Shown one piece after another: positions 1-9,502 of a stretch of DNA of 60,431 nucleotides; the stretch's first letter is position 1, and the number at the start of each line of letters is the position of its first letter. The notes under the pieces are model-generated. The model ran no database searches. It saw nothing but the letters and a program-made list of their open reading frames with translations, and was not told where the DNA came from. Origin of the DNA: Candidatus Enterousia sp. (GTDB lineage Bacteria > Pseudomonadota > Alphaproteobacteria > Rs-D84); assembly GCA_045643965.1 (NCBI GenBank), contig JAZRGB010000042.1, positions 1-60,431 of the forward strand, read 5' to 3'. The translations under genes were made by a program, and so were the position numbers.

Positions 1-578
1 ACTTCGTTCAACTGATTTTCCAATTCTGTTATTGATTCTTGGGTTGCCAAATCAGCCGAAAAACTTTCATCGCCGTGTACAAATGTTAATGTACCCGTAC
101 TTGGATCATATTCAAATTCAACATGTGCGGCACCGCCAGTCATTTCACCAATTTCTTTTTCCAATGCCGCCAGACCCGCCTGCAGGTCTTTGATATCGTC
201 TGTTACACCAGATTGACCAATATTTACATTACCACCAGTTGATGAACCGCCGCCCAATGCACTGGACCCAGCCAAATATTTACCAATTGACAAACGTGGT
301 GCAGTTGCAGAACGTGTCGATGGCGTGCGTAATGACGCACCTGTATTTGTCTTGGCCGCTGTTGTGCCATTGTTGATACGAATCGAACCTGCACGTGCAG
401 CCGTCACCGCAGACCCAGATGTCGCAGCCGCCGTATTCGAACGAACAGATGATGTACCGGCATACGTTCCCGTTCCACCCAACGAACGAACACTGGATGC
501 AGCAAACGATGGTGTCATTATTGACGCACATACAATGCCAACCAATGATGCAGACAAGATGTTAAATTTTGTTTTCAT
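1..578 (-). CDS. secreted hypothetical protein, N-terminal part only (C-terminus runs off the window start)
   Basis: ATG at 578-576. I checked the frame codon by codon and it stays open down to position 3. It is absent from the ORF track because it has no stop in the window. N-terminus MKTKFNILSASLVGIVCASIMTPSFA looks like a Sec signal peptide, followed by a Ser/Thr/Ala/Gly-rich low-complexity stretch. Confidence 0.6.
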   Translation of the reverse strand, partial: MKTKFNILSASLVGIVCASIMTPSFAASSVRSLGGTGTYAGTSSVRSNTAAATSGSAVTAARAGSIRINNGTTAAKTNTGASLRTPSTRSATAPRLSIGKYLAGSSALGGGSSTGGNVNIGQSGVTDDIKDLQAGLAALEKEIGEMTGGAAHVEFEYDPSTGTLTFVHGDESFSADLATQESITELENQLNE

Positions 579-660
579 ATTATGTTCTCTCTACTCGCAA
601 GCATTATATCATATTTTTGTTTCTGCCAAAAGCCTTTTTTTATTTTTTCCTAACTTTTTT

Positions 661-1377
661 TTAGAAATTATATCTGATACCGATTGACAAAGAATTATCC
701 AAGATTAAACCTGTATCACTGCTGATATCATACGTATTGTTATCAACCTTGTATTCAAAAGTACGTTCGATTTCATTACCCATCAATCCAGCCAAGCGAT
801 AACGGATATCTAATGTCAAATTATAATCCAGTTCATACGTATAACCCAACATTACACCCAACATTGGCGAAACACTGCGTTTGGAATTGTCGCCACCATT
901 AAAGAACGCACCTTGTAATTCTGTCTTTGGCACTGCAATACCAACACCGGCACCAACATACAAACCATTTACAAAGTCATAATATCCATTTGCCATTAAA
1001 TATGGAATTGTCATTTTAAATGTTGTACCAACACCTTCGTCTTCGAACTGACCCAATAAACCCGCTTCCAGTTCTGCACGCCAAAAATATTTAAATGTTT
1101 TACCAACAAAGAAATCACCACCGAACACAGATTCAAATGAATATTCATCGTTTGTTAATTCTGCATTATTTGGTGCATCCGTGTTGTATTCGTTTTCCCA
1201 ACTCATCAAATTCAATGCAACATGACCACCAACATACCAGCCATTTTTTGCCTTGTCTGTATAATCATATGTAACACCATAACCACCATGTGCATCACGC
1301 TTGATATAACTTGGGGCAGCGTTTGCCACAGTCGTTGTCAATGCAGCCAATACAGCCAACGAAACTATTTTTTTCAT
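661..1377 (-). CDS. outer-membrane beta-barrel protein (small OmpA-like/Omp25-type family)
   Basis: 238 aa. Signal peptide MKKIVSLAVLAALTTTVANA, Y/G-rich alternating strand pattern, and C-terminal ...IGIRYNF aromatic terminus typical of BAM substrates. Confidence 0.75.
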   Translation of the reverse strand: MKKIVSLAVLAALTTTVANAAPSYIKRDAHGGYGVTYDYTDKAKNGWYVGGHVALNLMSWENEYNTDAPNNAELTNDEYSFESVFGGDFFVGKTFKYFWRAELEAGLLGQFEDEGVGTTFKMTIPYLMANGYYDFVNGLYVGAGVGIAVPKTELQGAFFNGGDNSKRSVSPMLGVMLGYTYELDYNLTLDIRYRLAGLMGNEIERTFEYKVDNNTYDISSDTGLILDNSLSIGIRYNF

Positions 1378-1452
1378 GATATTAATCCTTTCCTTTATTA
1401 TGTGTGCATTGTATCATAAATCCACAACCTTTCCAAGTGGTAAAAATATGTG

Positions 1453-1481
1453 TTGACCCAGACTTTTAAATTCACTACACT
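1453..1481 (+). promoter_or_regulatory. possible sigma70-type promoter for pal
   Basis: TTGACC (1453-1458), 17-bp spacer, TACACT (1476-1481), about 27 nt upstream of the pal ATG. RBS aaagga lies before the start. Confidence 0.3.
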
Positions 1482-1507
1482 GCACTTATAAAAGAAAGGA
1501 ATTAACA

Positions 1508-1903
1508 ATGAAAAAACTTGTAATTTTGGCAATTTTAACAATTGTTTCCGCATGTACACATATCCCATCAGATATTAATGGCGACCAAGTATTCTTTGCA
1601 TTCGATTCGGCAAAAATTTCTGACGATGCACGTGACGACCTGGAATCTCAGGCATTATATATGAAGAAAAACCCAGATGTAAACATCACAGTTCAGGGAC
1701 GTTGCGACGAACGCGGTTCAACAGAATACAACTTGGCTTTGGGTGCACTGCGTGCTGGCAACGCTGCACACGTACTAATTCGTGAAGGAATCGAACCAGA
1801 ACGCATCAAAACTGTTTCATACGGCAAAGAAAACCCACTATACAAGGGTACAGGCGAAAAAGTCTGGGCTAAAAACAGAAATGCAACAACAGTTGTAAAA
1901 TAA
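1508..1903 (+). CDS. pal: peptidoglycan-associated lipoprotein Pal (OmpA C-terminal domain)
   Basis: 131 aa. Lipobox ...TIVSAC. OmpA_C signature FDSAKISDDARDDL...QGRCDERGSTEYNLALGALRA...VSYGKENP...NRNA. Confidence 0.9.
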   Translation: MKKLVILAILTIVSACTHIPSDINGDQVFFAFDSAKISDDARDDLESQALYMKKNPDVNITVQGRCDERGSTEYNLALGALRAGNAAHVLIREGIEPERIKTVSYGKENPLYKGTGEKVWAKNRNATTVVK

Positions 1904-1910
1904 AACAAAA

Positions 1911-1938
1911 AAAATCCCACAGCCGTGGGATTTTTATT
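1911..1938 (+). terminator. intrinsic terminator after pal
   Basis: Hairpin atcccac-agcc-gtgggat followed by ttttt, preceded by an A-run. Confidence 0.75.
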
Positions 1939-1972
1939 TGACCGATATATAAAATTTTACTATATTCCAAAC

Positions 1973-2764
1973 ATGGAAGAAAAGACAGTTATATCATTTG
2001 CAAACGTTGCCGCACAATATGATGGCACACCAGAAATCCTGACCGACGTATCCTTTAATATCGGGACCGGTTCTTTTTATTTCTTGTCCGGTGCATCTGG
2101 GGCGGGTAAAACAACATTACTACGTTTAATATATCAGTTACATAAACCTGCACGCGGTCAGATTAAACTATTCGGCAAAAATACCGATGATATTTCACGC
2201 GATGAAATCACCAAACTGCGTCAAAAAATGGCCATTGTATTTCAGGAATATTCCCTGCTGTCACACCTAAGCGTGTTTGACAATATCGCACTGCCGTTGC
2301 GTGTTCGTGGCGTCGCCGAAGATAAAATCAAAAAACTGGTACCAAAGGTGCTGGATTGGGTCGGACTGGGCAAATACGCAGACGTTAACCCGAAATCACT
2401 GTCCGGTGGCCAACAACAACGTGTATCTGTTGCACGTGCAATTATCGTTCAACCAACCGTTCTGTTGGCAGACGAACCAACCGGCAACTTGGACGACGAA
2501 AACGCATCCAGATTAATGGAACTGTTTATCCAAATGAACAAAATGTTCGGCACAACTATTATTCTGGCAACACACAGTAAAAAGTTAATGGAAACATACA
2601 AATTTCCTGTGATACGTGTTGAAAATCATCGCGTTACATTTACTGGAAAATCTGCGTCCCCTGCCCCACAATCCGATTCGGAAAAAAAGGTATGGAAAGG
2701 TCCTAAACCACAAAATTATTTCACAGAACTATCTAAACAATTTGATGATATTGGAAACGCATAA
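1973..2764 (+). CDS. ftsE: cell-division ABC ATPase FtsE
   Basis: Walker A GASGAGKTT, signature LSGGQQQRV, Walker B LLADEPT. The track start at 1925 is a GTG inside the pal terminator hairpin, so I use the first ATG at 1973 (MEEKTVISF...). Carries a ~40-aa C-terminal extension relative to typical FtsE. Confidence 0.9.
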   Translation: MEEKTVISFANVAAQYDGTPEILTDVSFNIGTGSFYFLSGASGAGKTTLLRLIYQLHKPARGQIKLFGKNTDDISRDEITKLRQKMAIVFQEYSLLSHLSVFDNIALPLRVRGVAEDKIKKLVPKVLDWVGLGKYADVNPKSLSGGQQQRVSVARAIIVQPTVLLADEPTGNLDDENASRLMELFIQMNKMFGTTIILATHSKKLMETYKFPVIRVENHRVTFTGKSASPAPQSDSEKKVWKGPKPQNYFTELSKQFDDIGNA

Positions 2765-3603
2765 TGATAAAAAAACCAGTTGTATTTTCATTAATTCGTG
2801 AACAGTCTATGTTTATGACAGCAATCATGTCACTGTTGTCTTTCTTGTCGATATTAGCATTGGGAATTTCATTGGCAATCGGCACAGGCGTTATGCGTTG
2901 GAACAATCAATGGGAACTGTTCGCAACTGTTCAGGTAACAGACACAAAAAAAGTCGATACAGTCAAAAAAATCATCGATAAAAATTCAGACAAAATCGAA
3001 TCGGCAAAGCAAATTACAACCCAACAAATGCAAGACTTGATGGCACCATGGGTATCTGGTGGCGGGGCCATAAAAAACTATCTGCCACAAATGTGGGAAA
3101 TTCAATTCAAAACACAATCAGATTTAAAGTCTTTTGGCGAACAAATTAATTCAGACGCACGCTTTTTAACACACGCCAGTGCATTATCTGCATCAACATC
3201 TGCAGGCTGGAAAATGATATTAATGTCATCATTTATATTAATACTGATGTTGGGGGCAATTGGAATTTGTATTTCATATATTGCACAAAATACAGCACTG
3301 TTACACAAACGCGAACTTGAAATCTTAAACCAAGTCGGTGCATCCGATAACTTTATTACACGACAAATGCAAATCATCGTCGCAAAGATAAGTGCACTGG
3401 CTGCCGCAATCGGTTTTGTAGCCGCTGCACCAATCCTGATGATAATAATATCTACGGCACACAGTGCACGCGTTGGTCTTATGGCCACAATGGGATTAAG
3501 TGGTGCTGGCTGGGCAATACTGACATTACTGCCAATCGTAATTATCATATTTGCAATATCTATTACACGCAAAACAACATTAAAAATATTAAAGAACAGT
3601 TAA
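2764..3603 (+). CDS. ftsX: cell-division permease-like protein FtsX
   Basis: TAATG overlap with ftsE. 279 aa with an N-terminal TM helix, a periplasmic loop and a C-terminal TM bundle (FtsX topology), in the conserved ftsEX order. Confidence 0.85.
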   Translation: MIKKPVVFSLIREQSMFMTAIMSLLSFLSILALGISLAIGTGVMRWNNQWELFATVQVTDTKKVDTVKKIIDKNSDKIESAKQITTQQMQDLMAPWVSGGGAIKNYLPQMWEIQFKTQSDLKSFGEQINSDARFLTHASALSASTSAGWKMILMSSFILILMLGAIGICISYIAQNTALLHKRELEILNQVGASDNFITRQMQIIVAKISALAAAIGFVAAAPILMIIISTAHSARVGLMATMGLSGAGWAILTLLPIVIIIFAISITRKTTLKILKNS

Positions 3604-4119
3604 ATGATAAAAAATCTAATAACCCCATCTTTCTTGATATTAAGTTGCTTTGTAATCGGTGGAATGTTTTTTAAATCCGCCGCCCCCAGACATTGTGGCA
3701 AAATATACGATAATGACAGTATATTTGTTTTAACAGGCGACGAACGCAGAATACCTTTTGCAATCCGTAAAATGCAAGAATACCCAAATGCAGACCTGTA
3801 CATAATTGGGGTCGGTGCCCCAAATGCTGTACAACTGGACAGACCTGTAATAATCGAATCTAAATCTAAATCCACATACCAAAATGCATTAGCAATAAAA
3901 AAAATCGCAAATGATAAAAATCTGGACCGAATCGTTGTTATCACAACCGAAGATCATATAAATCGTGCAAAACACTTGATACACAGTGAATTACCAAATA
4001 CCGAAATCGTCGCATGCCCTGCAACATTGGTCGGTATGCCACCTGCAAAAAGACTTGAAAGATGGACAACGGAATATATAAAATACATTGTCACAATGAT
4101 TGGAATCAAAGAAAGTTAA
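3604..4119 (+). CDS. YdcF/DUF218-family protein
   Basis: 171 aa. N-terminal TM helix, then ...IFVLTGDERRIPFAIRKM...IIGVG... typical of DUF218 (ElyC/SanA/YdcF) proteins. Starts immediately after the ftsX stop codon. Confidence 0.6.
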   Translation: MIKNLITPSFLILSCFVIGGMFFKSAAPRHCGKIYDNDSIFVLTGDERRIPFAIRKMQEYPNADLYIIGVGAPNAVQLDRPVIIESKSKSTYQNALAIKKIANDKNLDRIVVITTEDHINRAKHLIHSELPNTEIVACPATLVGMPPAKRLERWTTEYIKYIVTMIGIKES

Positions 4120-4138
4120 AAAAATAAAGGAATCAAAT

Positions 4139-4846
4139 ATGATACGCACAATAATATTTAAAATTGCACTAGGGATTTATTTTACTTTATGGACACCATT
4201 ACTATTAATTGGTTTAGTATCTAAAAAATTATCAAGAAAATTTGTTTTTGCAGATGCTGCTGGTGTTTTGGTATTAGCACGCCTGATTTGCGGAATCAAA
4301 TACACAGTACATTATCCAAGCACCGAAGAAAACGGTATTCCAAACCTGCCAAATGGCAATAAACGCATTGACGGCAAATCTATTGTCGCTGCAAAACATA
4401 TGTCTATATTGGAAATAGCAGTTATATCAAAGGTCATGCCAAACACATTTTTCATCATGAAACGCGAATTATTATGGATACCGATTTACGGTTGGGCATT
4501 TTGGCGTTGCGGTATGCTGGGCGTTAACCGTGCCAAGGGAAAAACAAATATGAAAAAGTTGGCAGAAGATGTCGAAAAACGCGTTTTGGACGGATACACA
4601 TTGGTCATATTCCCCGAAGGCACACGTGCAAAACCAGGACAACACATACCATTAAAACGCGGCTTATTATTATTGGCACACACATTAAAATTACCTATCT
4701 TGCCTGTTGGCACAGACGCAGGTCTGTATTGGCCAAAACGTGGCCGTATGAATTCAGGTATGGCAAACGTTTGGTTTGAACCACTGCTGCCATCAAACGC
4801 ATCACTGGACGAAATAAGCGAAGCAATAAACCGTCACAGTGCGTAA
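4139..4846 (+). CDS. plsC: 1-acyl-sn-glycerol-3-phosphate acyltransferase (lysophospholipid acyltransferase)
   Basis: Motifs AAKHMSILE (HX4D-like box) and VIFPEGTR. ATG at 4139 is preceded by RBS aaagga. The track start at 4100 overlaps the previous gene. Confidence 0.8.
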   Translation: MIRTIIFKIALGIYFTLWTPLLLIGLVSKKLSRKFVFADAAGVLVLARLICGIKYTVHYPSTEENGIPNLPNGNKRIDGKSIVAAKHMSILEIAVISKVMPNTFFIMKRELLWIPIYGWAFWRCGMLGVNRAKGKTNMKKLAEDVEKRVLDGYTLVIFPEGTRAKPGQHIPLKRGLLLLAHTLKLPILPVGTDAGLYWPKRGRMNSGMANVWFEPLLPSNASLDEISEAINRHSA

Positions 4847-4851
4847 CAAAC

Positions 4852-4880
4852 AAAAAAATCCCCACACGGGGATTTTTTTT
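4852..4880. terminator. bidirectional intrinsic terminator (plsC / ppiB)
   Basis: A-run, hairpin atcccc-acac-ggggat, T-run. Lies between convergent genes. Confidence 0.8.
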
Positions 4881-4881
4881 A

Positions 4882-5337
4882 TTACACTACTTCCATCTTT
4901 ATTATTTTATCCGGATTTTCAACCTGACCATTTTTTAATTCATCGCCACGTTTAATCTTGTCAACAAATTCCATACCAGATACAACTTGTCCCCAAATAG
5001 TGTACTTTCCATCCAAAAATTTACAATCTTGAAAACAAATAAAGAATTGAGAATCCGCAGAGTTCACATCAAACGCACGAGCCATACCAACAGACCCACG
5101 CACAAAATGTTCACTCGAAAACTCTGCTGGAATTTTAACACCACTGCCACCAGTACCATTCCCCAATGGACAACCAGTTTGTGCCATAAAGCCATCAATC
5201 ACACGATGGAAAGTTAACCCGTTATAAAACCCAGATTTTACCAATTCAATAACTCTAGCAACATGTTTCGGTGCCACATTTGGCAAAGTTTCAACAATCA
5301 CATCACCGCTCATTAGTACAATTTTGATTTGGGCCAT
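4882..5337 (-). CDS. ppiB: peptidyl-prolyl cis-trans isomerase, cyclophilin type
   Basis: Cyclophilin signature FHRVIDGFMAQTGCP...GTGGSG...SMARA....NSADSQFFI. GGAGG lies 6 nt upstream of the ATG at 5337 (MAQIKIV...), so I prefer it to the track start at 5358. Confidence 0.9.
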   Translation of the reverse strand: MAQIKIVLMSGDVIVETLPNVAPKHVARVIELVKSGFYNGLTFHRVIDGFMAQTGCPLGNGTGGSGVKIPAEFSSEHFVRGSVGMARAFDVNSADSQFFICFQDCKFLDGKYTIWGQVVSGMEFVDKIKRGDELKNGQVENPDKIIKMEVV

Positions 5338-7474
5338 ACGTACCTCCTTCTTTTTCATTTTTGTCTTGCAAACGCTGCGTCCCTAATTCTAGTCTATAAG
5401 ACAGCGGCAACTTTGCACCATCCAACTTAACAGCAGATTTATTTGTTGGCAAAATTAATTTTGTTACGCGTGACAAATCAGCATTACTTAATTCGATTTC
5501 ACCAGTAATTTTACTTAGGTCCAACTCACACGCCGGGAATTTTACCCCTTCGAAAAACGCCCTGTGATACCCAGATGGCAAAACAAGCCTTGTCACACGG
5601 GACATATCCGCCCCCCTAAAATTCAAATCAGTAGCGATATTTTCTAAATTTAATTCACACGCAGGAAACACCGTACCAGTTGCATAAACAACCGCTGTTG
5701 TCTTTGGCATAACCAACTTTTTTACATACGATAAATCAGCATTATCCATAGACAAATCAGAGAACACATTACTAAAATCTAATTCTGTCGCAGGAAAATT
5801 TACATCATCTATACAAACAGAAAACATGTCCTTAGGCAACCGCAGTTTTGTTACACGCGACAAATCACAGCCATACAAATTCAAGCGTTTCGATAAACTG
5901 CTTAGATTTAATTCACAAGCTGGGAATTTAATATTACAAAATTCAGCATCCAACAAATTTTCTGGCAAAACCAATTTTGTTACATGCGATAAATCAGCAT
6001 CTGTTAGATCGAACTGACAAGCACCACCCTTTGCATTACGATTCAGATGTCCAAGATCTAATTCGCATCCCCCCATCTCTGCCCCACTTAAATCTAAATA
6101 CGTCAAATCTTTTGATAATTTCAAATCTGTTACCAACGACAGATCTGCACCATTTAACCATACTTTTGTTAAACTACTTAAATCTAGGGTACACGCAGGC
6201 ATTTTAGTTCCACTAAGATCCATTATAGTACACCCATTATTTGGCAACACCAGCTTTGTTACACGTGACATATCCGCCCGTTTTAAAACCAAAGCACCCT
6301 TAAATTTATCAAAATTTAATTCAACTGCTGGAAATATCACACCTTCTAAATCCATATTTGTATAATATTCAGAATCATTAAATCTCACAACAGTATCAAT
6401 TGGCAATTTCAACGAAGTGCCCCCAGACAAGTCCGAGTCTTTTAAAAATAAACTGTTAACAACTTTACTAAAATCTAAATCGCCCTTTAATGTTGCGTAT
6501 GGCAAAGAAAAATCGTAAAGATCTTTGGGGTTTATATAACAAATCTTTCCATCTTTGAATGATAAAATATGTTCATCGCCAGCATACAATGCCTTGGAAC
6601 CATCGTCATTTTTCAAAATTCGTACTGGCCGATCCTTTATCAAATAATCGATATTAAACACATTACCACCTGTTACATTACGGAAACGAGACATACCACT
6701 TTCATGTTTTAAATCAAAAATCAACCCATTTCCCAACGCAATTTGTGTATTTTTATCAATTTCATAAATCTGCCCATCTTTGACATAAAAATCTTCACTG
6801 ATATAAACGTTGTTTATTTCACGATAATATTTACAAATCTGATTTCCAACCAGCGTATAACCTGCCCCTAAATCAACCCTTTGCGATGAAAAATCAGCAC
6901 CAAAATGGTGTTTTATCGCATCAGACAATCCCATAATAATATTATCTGGGTTTGAATTAAATGTGCTATCACAGTTTTGTACAGTGTGATTATATCTGTT
7001 TTTTATACTAATAAACCCACCAGTTTTCAAAACCTGAATAGAAATTACAGATGTACCATATTCATCATCACGTTGTGGGGGATTTCCGCGTTTAATTTTA
7101 TCCACATCTTTACGCACAGCATTAATAATATAATATCTTTTAAACCTTTCTGGATCACGAAAAGTACATATTTCTTCACCAGGTGCATAATACTTTTGTA
7201 TGGCATTTTGTTTTTCCAACGTATCCGCAATATACGCATCATAACCTGCTTTATCCAGCAACTTAATAGGATCCATATGCACAGCCATTTCTTGGATTGT
7301 AATTTGTTTCAATGATACCAAATAGTTCATTATTGGTTCTGCATCACGACCAGCATATTTTACAATCTTATCAATATTTGGAATATCAAAAATACCATTA
7401 TCATAATTTCGTATCGCCTTGGCAAAATGTTCCCCGTTTTGTTTTTTTATAATATCATACATGCTTTTTGCCAT
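5303..7474 (-). CDS. large repeat protein: unknown ~330-aa N-terminal domain plus LRR-like tandem repeats (candidate effector or protein-interaction scaffold)
   Basis: 723 aa with no signal peptide. The C-terminal two thirds consist of about 8 units of 40-43 aa with the recurring motif (A/N)DLSRVTKLVLP...(K/N)FPACELNLS. The 3' end overlaps the ppiB RBS and start by 35 nt. Confidence 0.85.
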   Translation of the reverse strand: MAKSMYDIIKKQNGEHFAKAIRNYDNGIFDIPNIDKIVKYAGRDAEPIMNYLVSLKQITIQEMAVHMDPIKLLDKAGYDAYIADTLEKQNAIQKYYAPGEEICTFRDPERFKRYYIINAVRKDVDKIKRGNPPQRDDEYGTSVISIQVLKTGGFISIKNRYNHTVQNCDSTFNSNPDNIIMGLSDAIKHHFGADFSSQRVDLGAGYTLVGNQICKYYREINNVYISEDFYVKDGQIYEIDKNTQIALGNGLIFDLKHESGMSRFRNVTGGNVFNIDYLIKDRPVRILKNDDGSKALYAGDEHILSFKDGKICYINPKDLYDFSLPYATLKGDLDFSKVVNSLFLKDSDLSGGTSLKLPIDTVVRFNDSEYYTNMDLEGVIFPAVELNFDKFKGALVLKRADMSRVTKLVLPNNGCTIMDLSGTKMPACTLDLSSLTKVWLNGADLSLVTDLKLSKDLTYLDLSGAEMGGCELDLGHLNRNAKGGACQFDLTDADLSHVTKLVLPENLLDAEFCNIKFPACELNLSSLSKRLNLYGCDLSRVTKLRLPKDMFSVCIDDVNFPATELDFSNVFSDLSMDNADLSYVKKLVMPKTTAVVYATGTVFPACELNLENIATDLNFRGADMSRVTRLVLPSGYHRAFFEGVKFPACELDLSKITGEIELSNADLSRVTKLILPTNKSAVKLDGAKLPLSYRLELGTQRLQDKNEKEGGTYGPNQNCTNER
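5405..6487 (-). repeat. intragenic tandem repeats (~120-130 bp period) encoding the LRR-like units
   Basis: Protein residues ~330-690 repeat DLS(R/H/Y)V(T/K)KL(V/R/I)(L/M)P and FPA(C/T)EL(N/D)(L/F)S. Boundaries are approximate. Confidence 0.7.
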
Positions 7475-7534
7475 AACACCCCCTTATATTTCCAAGGTAT
7501 TATATCACAAAGAACAACAAAAATATGAAGATTT

Positions 7535-7945
7535 TTAATCACACCAACTGTAACGCTTGCCGCCACTGTATGGTCGTGCTAATTTTTTCTTTATTAAAAC
7601 ATCACCTAAATCACGTCCATCAGACAATATTACATTTGCATCTATTCGCCCCAAATATTTGTCATCTTTGATATTCTGCAATTCAACAACCGTACCCGCT
7701 GTCAACATTTCCGTAACAAAATCCTTGGCACGATTTGCCATATCTATTTCAGATTGACATACACCATTTATTTCTGGCGTATCTATATTTCTAACACGCA
7801 CACGAACTGTTATCGTTATATCATCTTCGATTTTTACACCCGCTGCAAATGTATCGCCATCTAATACATAATCAACCGCCGCCGGCACAGCATACACCGC
7901 AGAAGATAAACACACACCCAAAGAAAATACAATATACTTTAACAC
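7535..7945 (-). CDS. secreted thermonuclease (staphylococcal-nuclease/SNase-like) family protein
   Basis: 136 aa. Signal peptide MLKYIVFSLGVCLSSAVYA. SNase motifs VLDGDTF...VRVRNIDTPE...DKYLGRIDANV...LARPY. Confidence 0.75.
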   Translation of the reverse strand: MLKYIVFSLGVCLSSAVYAVPAAVDYVLDGDTFAAGVKIEDDITITVRVRVRNIDTPEINGVCQSEIDMANRAKDFVTEMLTAGTVVELQNIKDDKYLGRIDANVILSDGRDLGDVLIKKKLARPYSGGKRYSWCD

Positions 7946-7960
7946 ATATTATCTCATTGT

Positions 7961-7983
7961 TATAAAACGCCCGTTCGGGCGTT
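7961..7983 (-). terminator. intrinsic terminator after tolB
   Basis: Hairpin aaacgccc-gttc-gggcgttt. On the minus strand it is followed by ttttata. Confidence 0.7.
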
Positions 7984-7985
7984 TT

Positions 7986-9305
7986 TTATGGCAATCTTGG
8001 CGACCACGTTGGTTCAACAGCATTTATATCTTCGTCCAATTCAATATCATAAATATTTTGACCTGTGATATCAACACTGCGAATATGACTGATACGTTCA
8101 ATATCATCATAGGCACGTTCTGTTTCATAATAAACCAATCTGCGTGATCCAGGTGCCCATGATGGTGCTTCCATAAACCAGCCACCAGCCAATATCTTCT
8201 CGTTCTTACCCTGAGGATTCATAATCCCAACATAAAATGTATCGTCTGCCATTTTTGTAAACGCAATAAACTGACCATCAGGACTCCATGCAGGCGTTGC
8301 ATATTTTCCATTTCCATATGTTATACGTTTTTCTGTACCCGTTTCCAAGTCCAACACATGAATCTGCTGACGTCCGGATCTATCTGAATTAAAGGCTAAC
8401 TTTTTCCCATCTGGCGAATAAGACGGACTGGTATTTAATGAATTACCAAATGTCAACTGACGTAATTTCTTTGTTTCAATATCGTATTCATGTATATGTG
8501 TAATACCATTTTTTACCAACGACAAAGCAATCTTTTTCCCATCTGGTGAAAAGCGTGGTGCAAAATTCATACCGCCAAACTGCCCCAAACGACGTTGTTC
8601 ACCTGTTTCCAAATCCAACGTCCACACACTTGGGTCATCATTATAATAAGACAAGAATACAATAGTTCCCATATTAGGCGAAAAATGTGGTGACATAACA
8701 AAACCATCTTTATCAGATAAATAACGCAAACCATATCCATCCTGGTCAATAATTGCCATACGCTTATCACGTTCGCCCACAGGTCCTGTTTCTGCAATAA
8801 ATACTATTTGAGTATCAAAATAACCAATTTCACCAGTTAATCTTTCATATATAGCATCCGCCATAATATGTGCCAAACGACGTGCAGATTTTCGTGAAGA
8901 AACCAATGCCTGTGCTTCTATTTGTTCTGCTGCATCAACATCCCAAACAAAGAATTCCAGTTTATAATCATTGTTAGGTGCATTTGATAATTTTGCCTGA
9001 ACCAACACCTGTGTTTTAATAGCCTGCCACAATTTAAAATCTGGCATATCGCCCATTTTTACATATTCTGGCAACGCATCATGATTCACAATACGAAACA
9101 ATCCAGTACGCTTTAAATCTGCTTCGACCACTTCACGTATCATAGCAGCATCTTTTGTTTTAACCCCTTCTGTTGTTTCAAACTTTAAAACAGCAACAGA
9201 AATTGGTTCTGATGCACCTGCGACAATATCAACCTTTAACTCTGCACGTGCTGGCATAATAAACAATGCACACAACGCCACCACAGATAATACTTTTTTA
9301 AACAT
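7986..9305 (-). CDS. tolB: Tol-Pal system periplasmic beta-propeller protein TolB
   Basis: 439 aa. Signal peptide, TolB N-domain, and repeated propeller blades containing SPDGKK(I/L)A(L/F), W(S/A)PDG and SWAPGS. Confidence 0.93.
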   Translation of the reverse strand: MFKKVLSVVALCALFIMPARAELKVDIVAGASEPISVAVLKFETTEGVKTKDAAMIREVVEADLKRTGLFRIVNHDALPEYVKMGDMPDFKLWQAIKTQVLVQAKLSNAPNNDYKLEFFVWDVDAAEQIEAQALVSSRKSARRLAHIMADAIYERLTGEIGYFDTQIVFIAETGPVGERDKRMAIIDQDGYGLRYLSDKDGFVMSPHFSPNMGTIVFLSYYNDDPSVWTLDLETGEQRRLGQFGGMNFAPRFSPDGKKIALSLVKNGITHIHEYDIETKKLRQLTFGNSLNTSPSYSPDGKKLAFNSDRSGRQQIHVLDLETGTEKRITYGNGKYATPAWSPDGQFIAFTKMADDTFYVGIMNPQGKNEKILAGGWFMEAPSWAPGSRRLVYYETERAYDDIERISHIRSVDITGQNIYDIELDEDINAVEPTWSPRLP

Positions 9306-9425
9306 TATAAAAACCTTTCCTTACTATTTATTCACGACAATTTTAAACAGATAAAAACGAAATTGCAAGCAACACAACCGACCACACAAACCCCAATACA
9401 ACCGCCATTACAAACGTAAATATAT

Positions 9426-9458
9426 TTGTATTGACAATTGTAAATACAATGGTATAGT
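9426..9458 (+). promoter_or_regulatory. near-consensus sigma70 promoter embedded in a 24-bp near-palindrome (operator-like)
   Basis: TTGACA (9431-9436), 16 bp, TATAGT (9453-9458). ttgtattgacaattgtaaatacaa (9426-9449) matches its own reverse complement at 22 of 24 positions. A second inverted repeat, ccttgta...tacaagg (9460-9488), sits just before the RBS taggag. Confidence 0.55.
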
Positions 9459-9502
9459 TCCTTGTAAAGACTGTGGTATTGTACAAGGTATAGGAGTTTG
9501 TA

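Noticed and set aside
280-687. Track ORFs 280-531 (-) and 325-687 (+)
   Set aside because: A third frame (minus strand, ATG at 578, open to the window edge) encodes a protein with a proper signal peptide and is the more plausible gene. The listed ORFs are Cys-rich or low-complexity overlaps.
5405-6487. Pentapeptide-repeat (Qnr/MfpA-like) assignment for the 723-aa protein repeats, prompted by the recurring ADLS motif
   Set aside because: The hydrophobic positions do not keep a 5-residue register. The periodicity is ~20/40-43 aa with an LxxLxL-type pattern, so LRR-like is the better description. This remains unverified.
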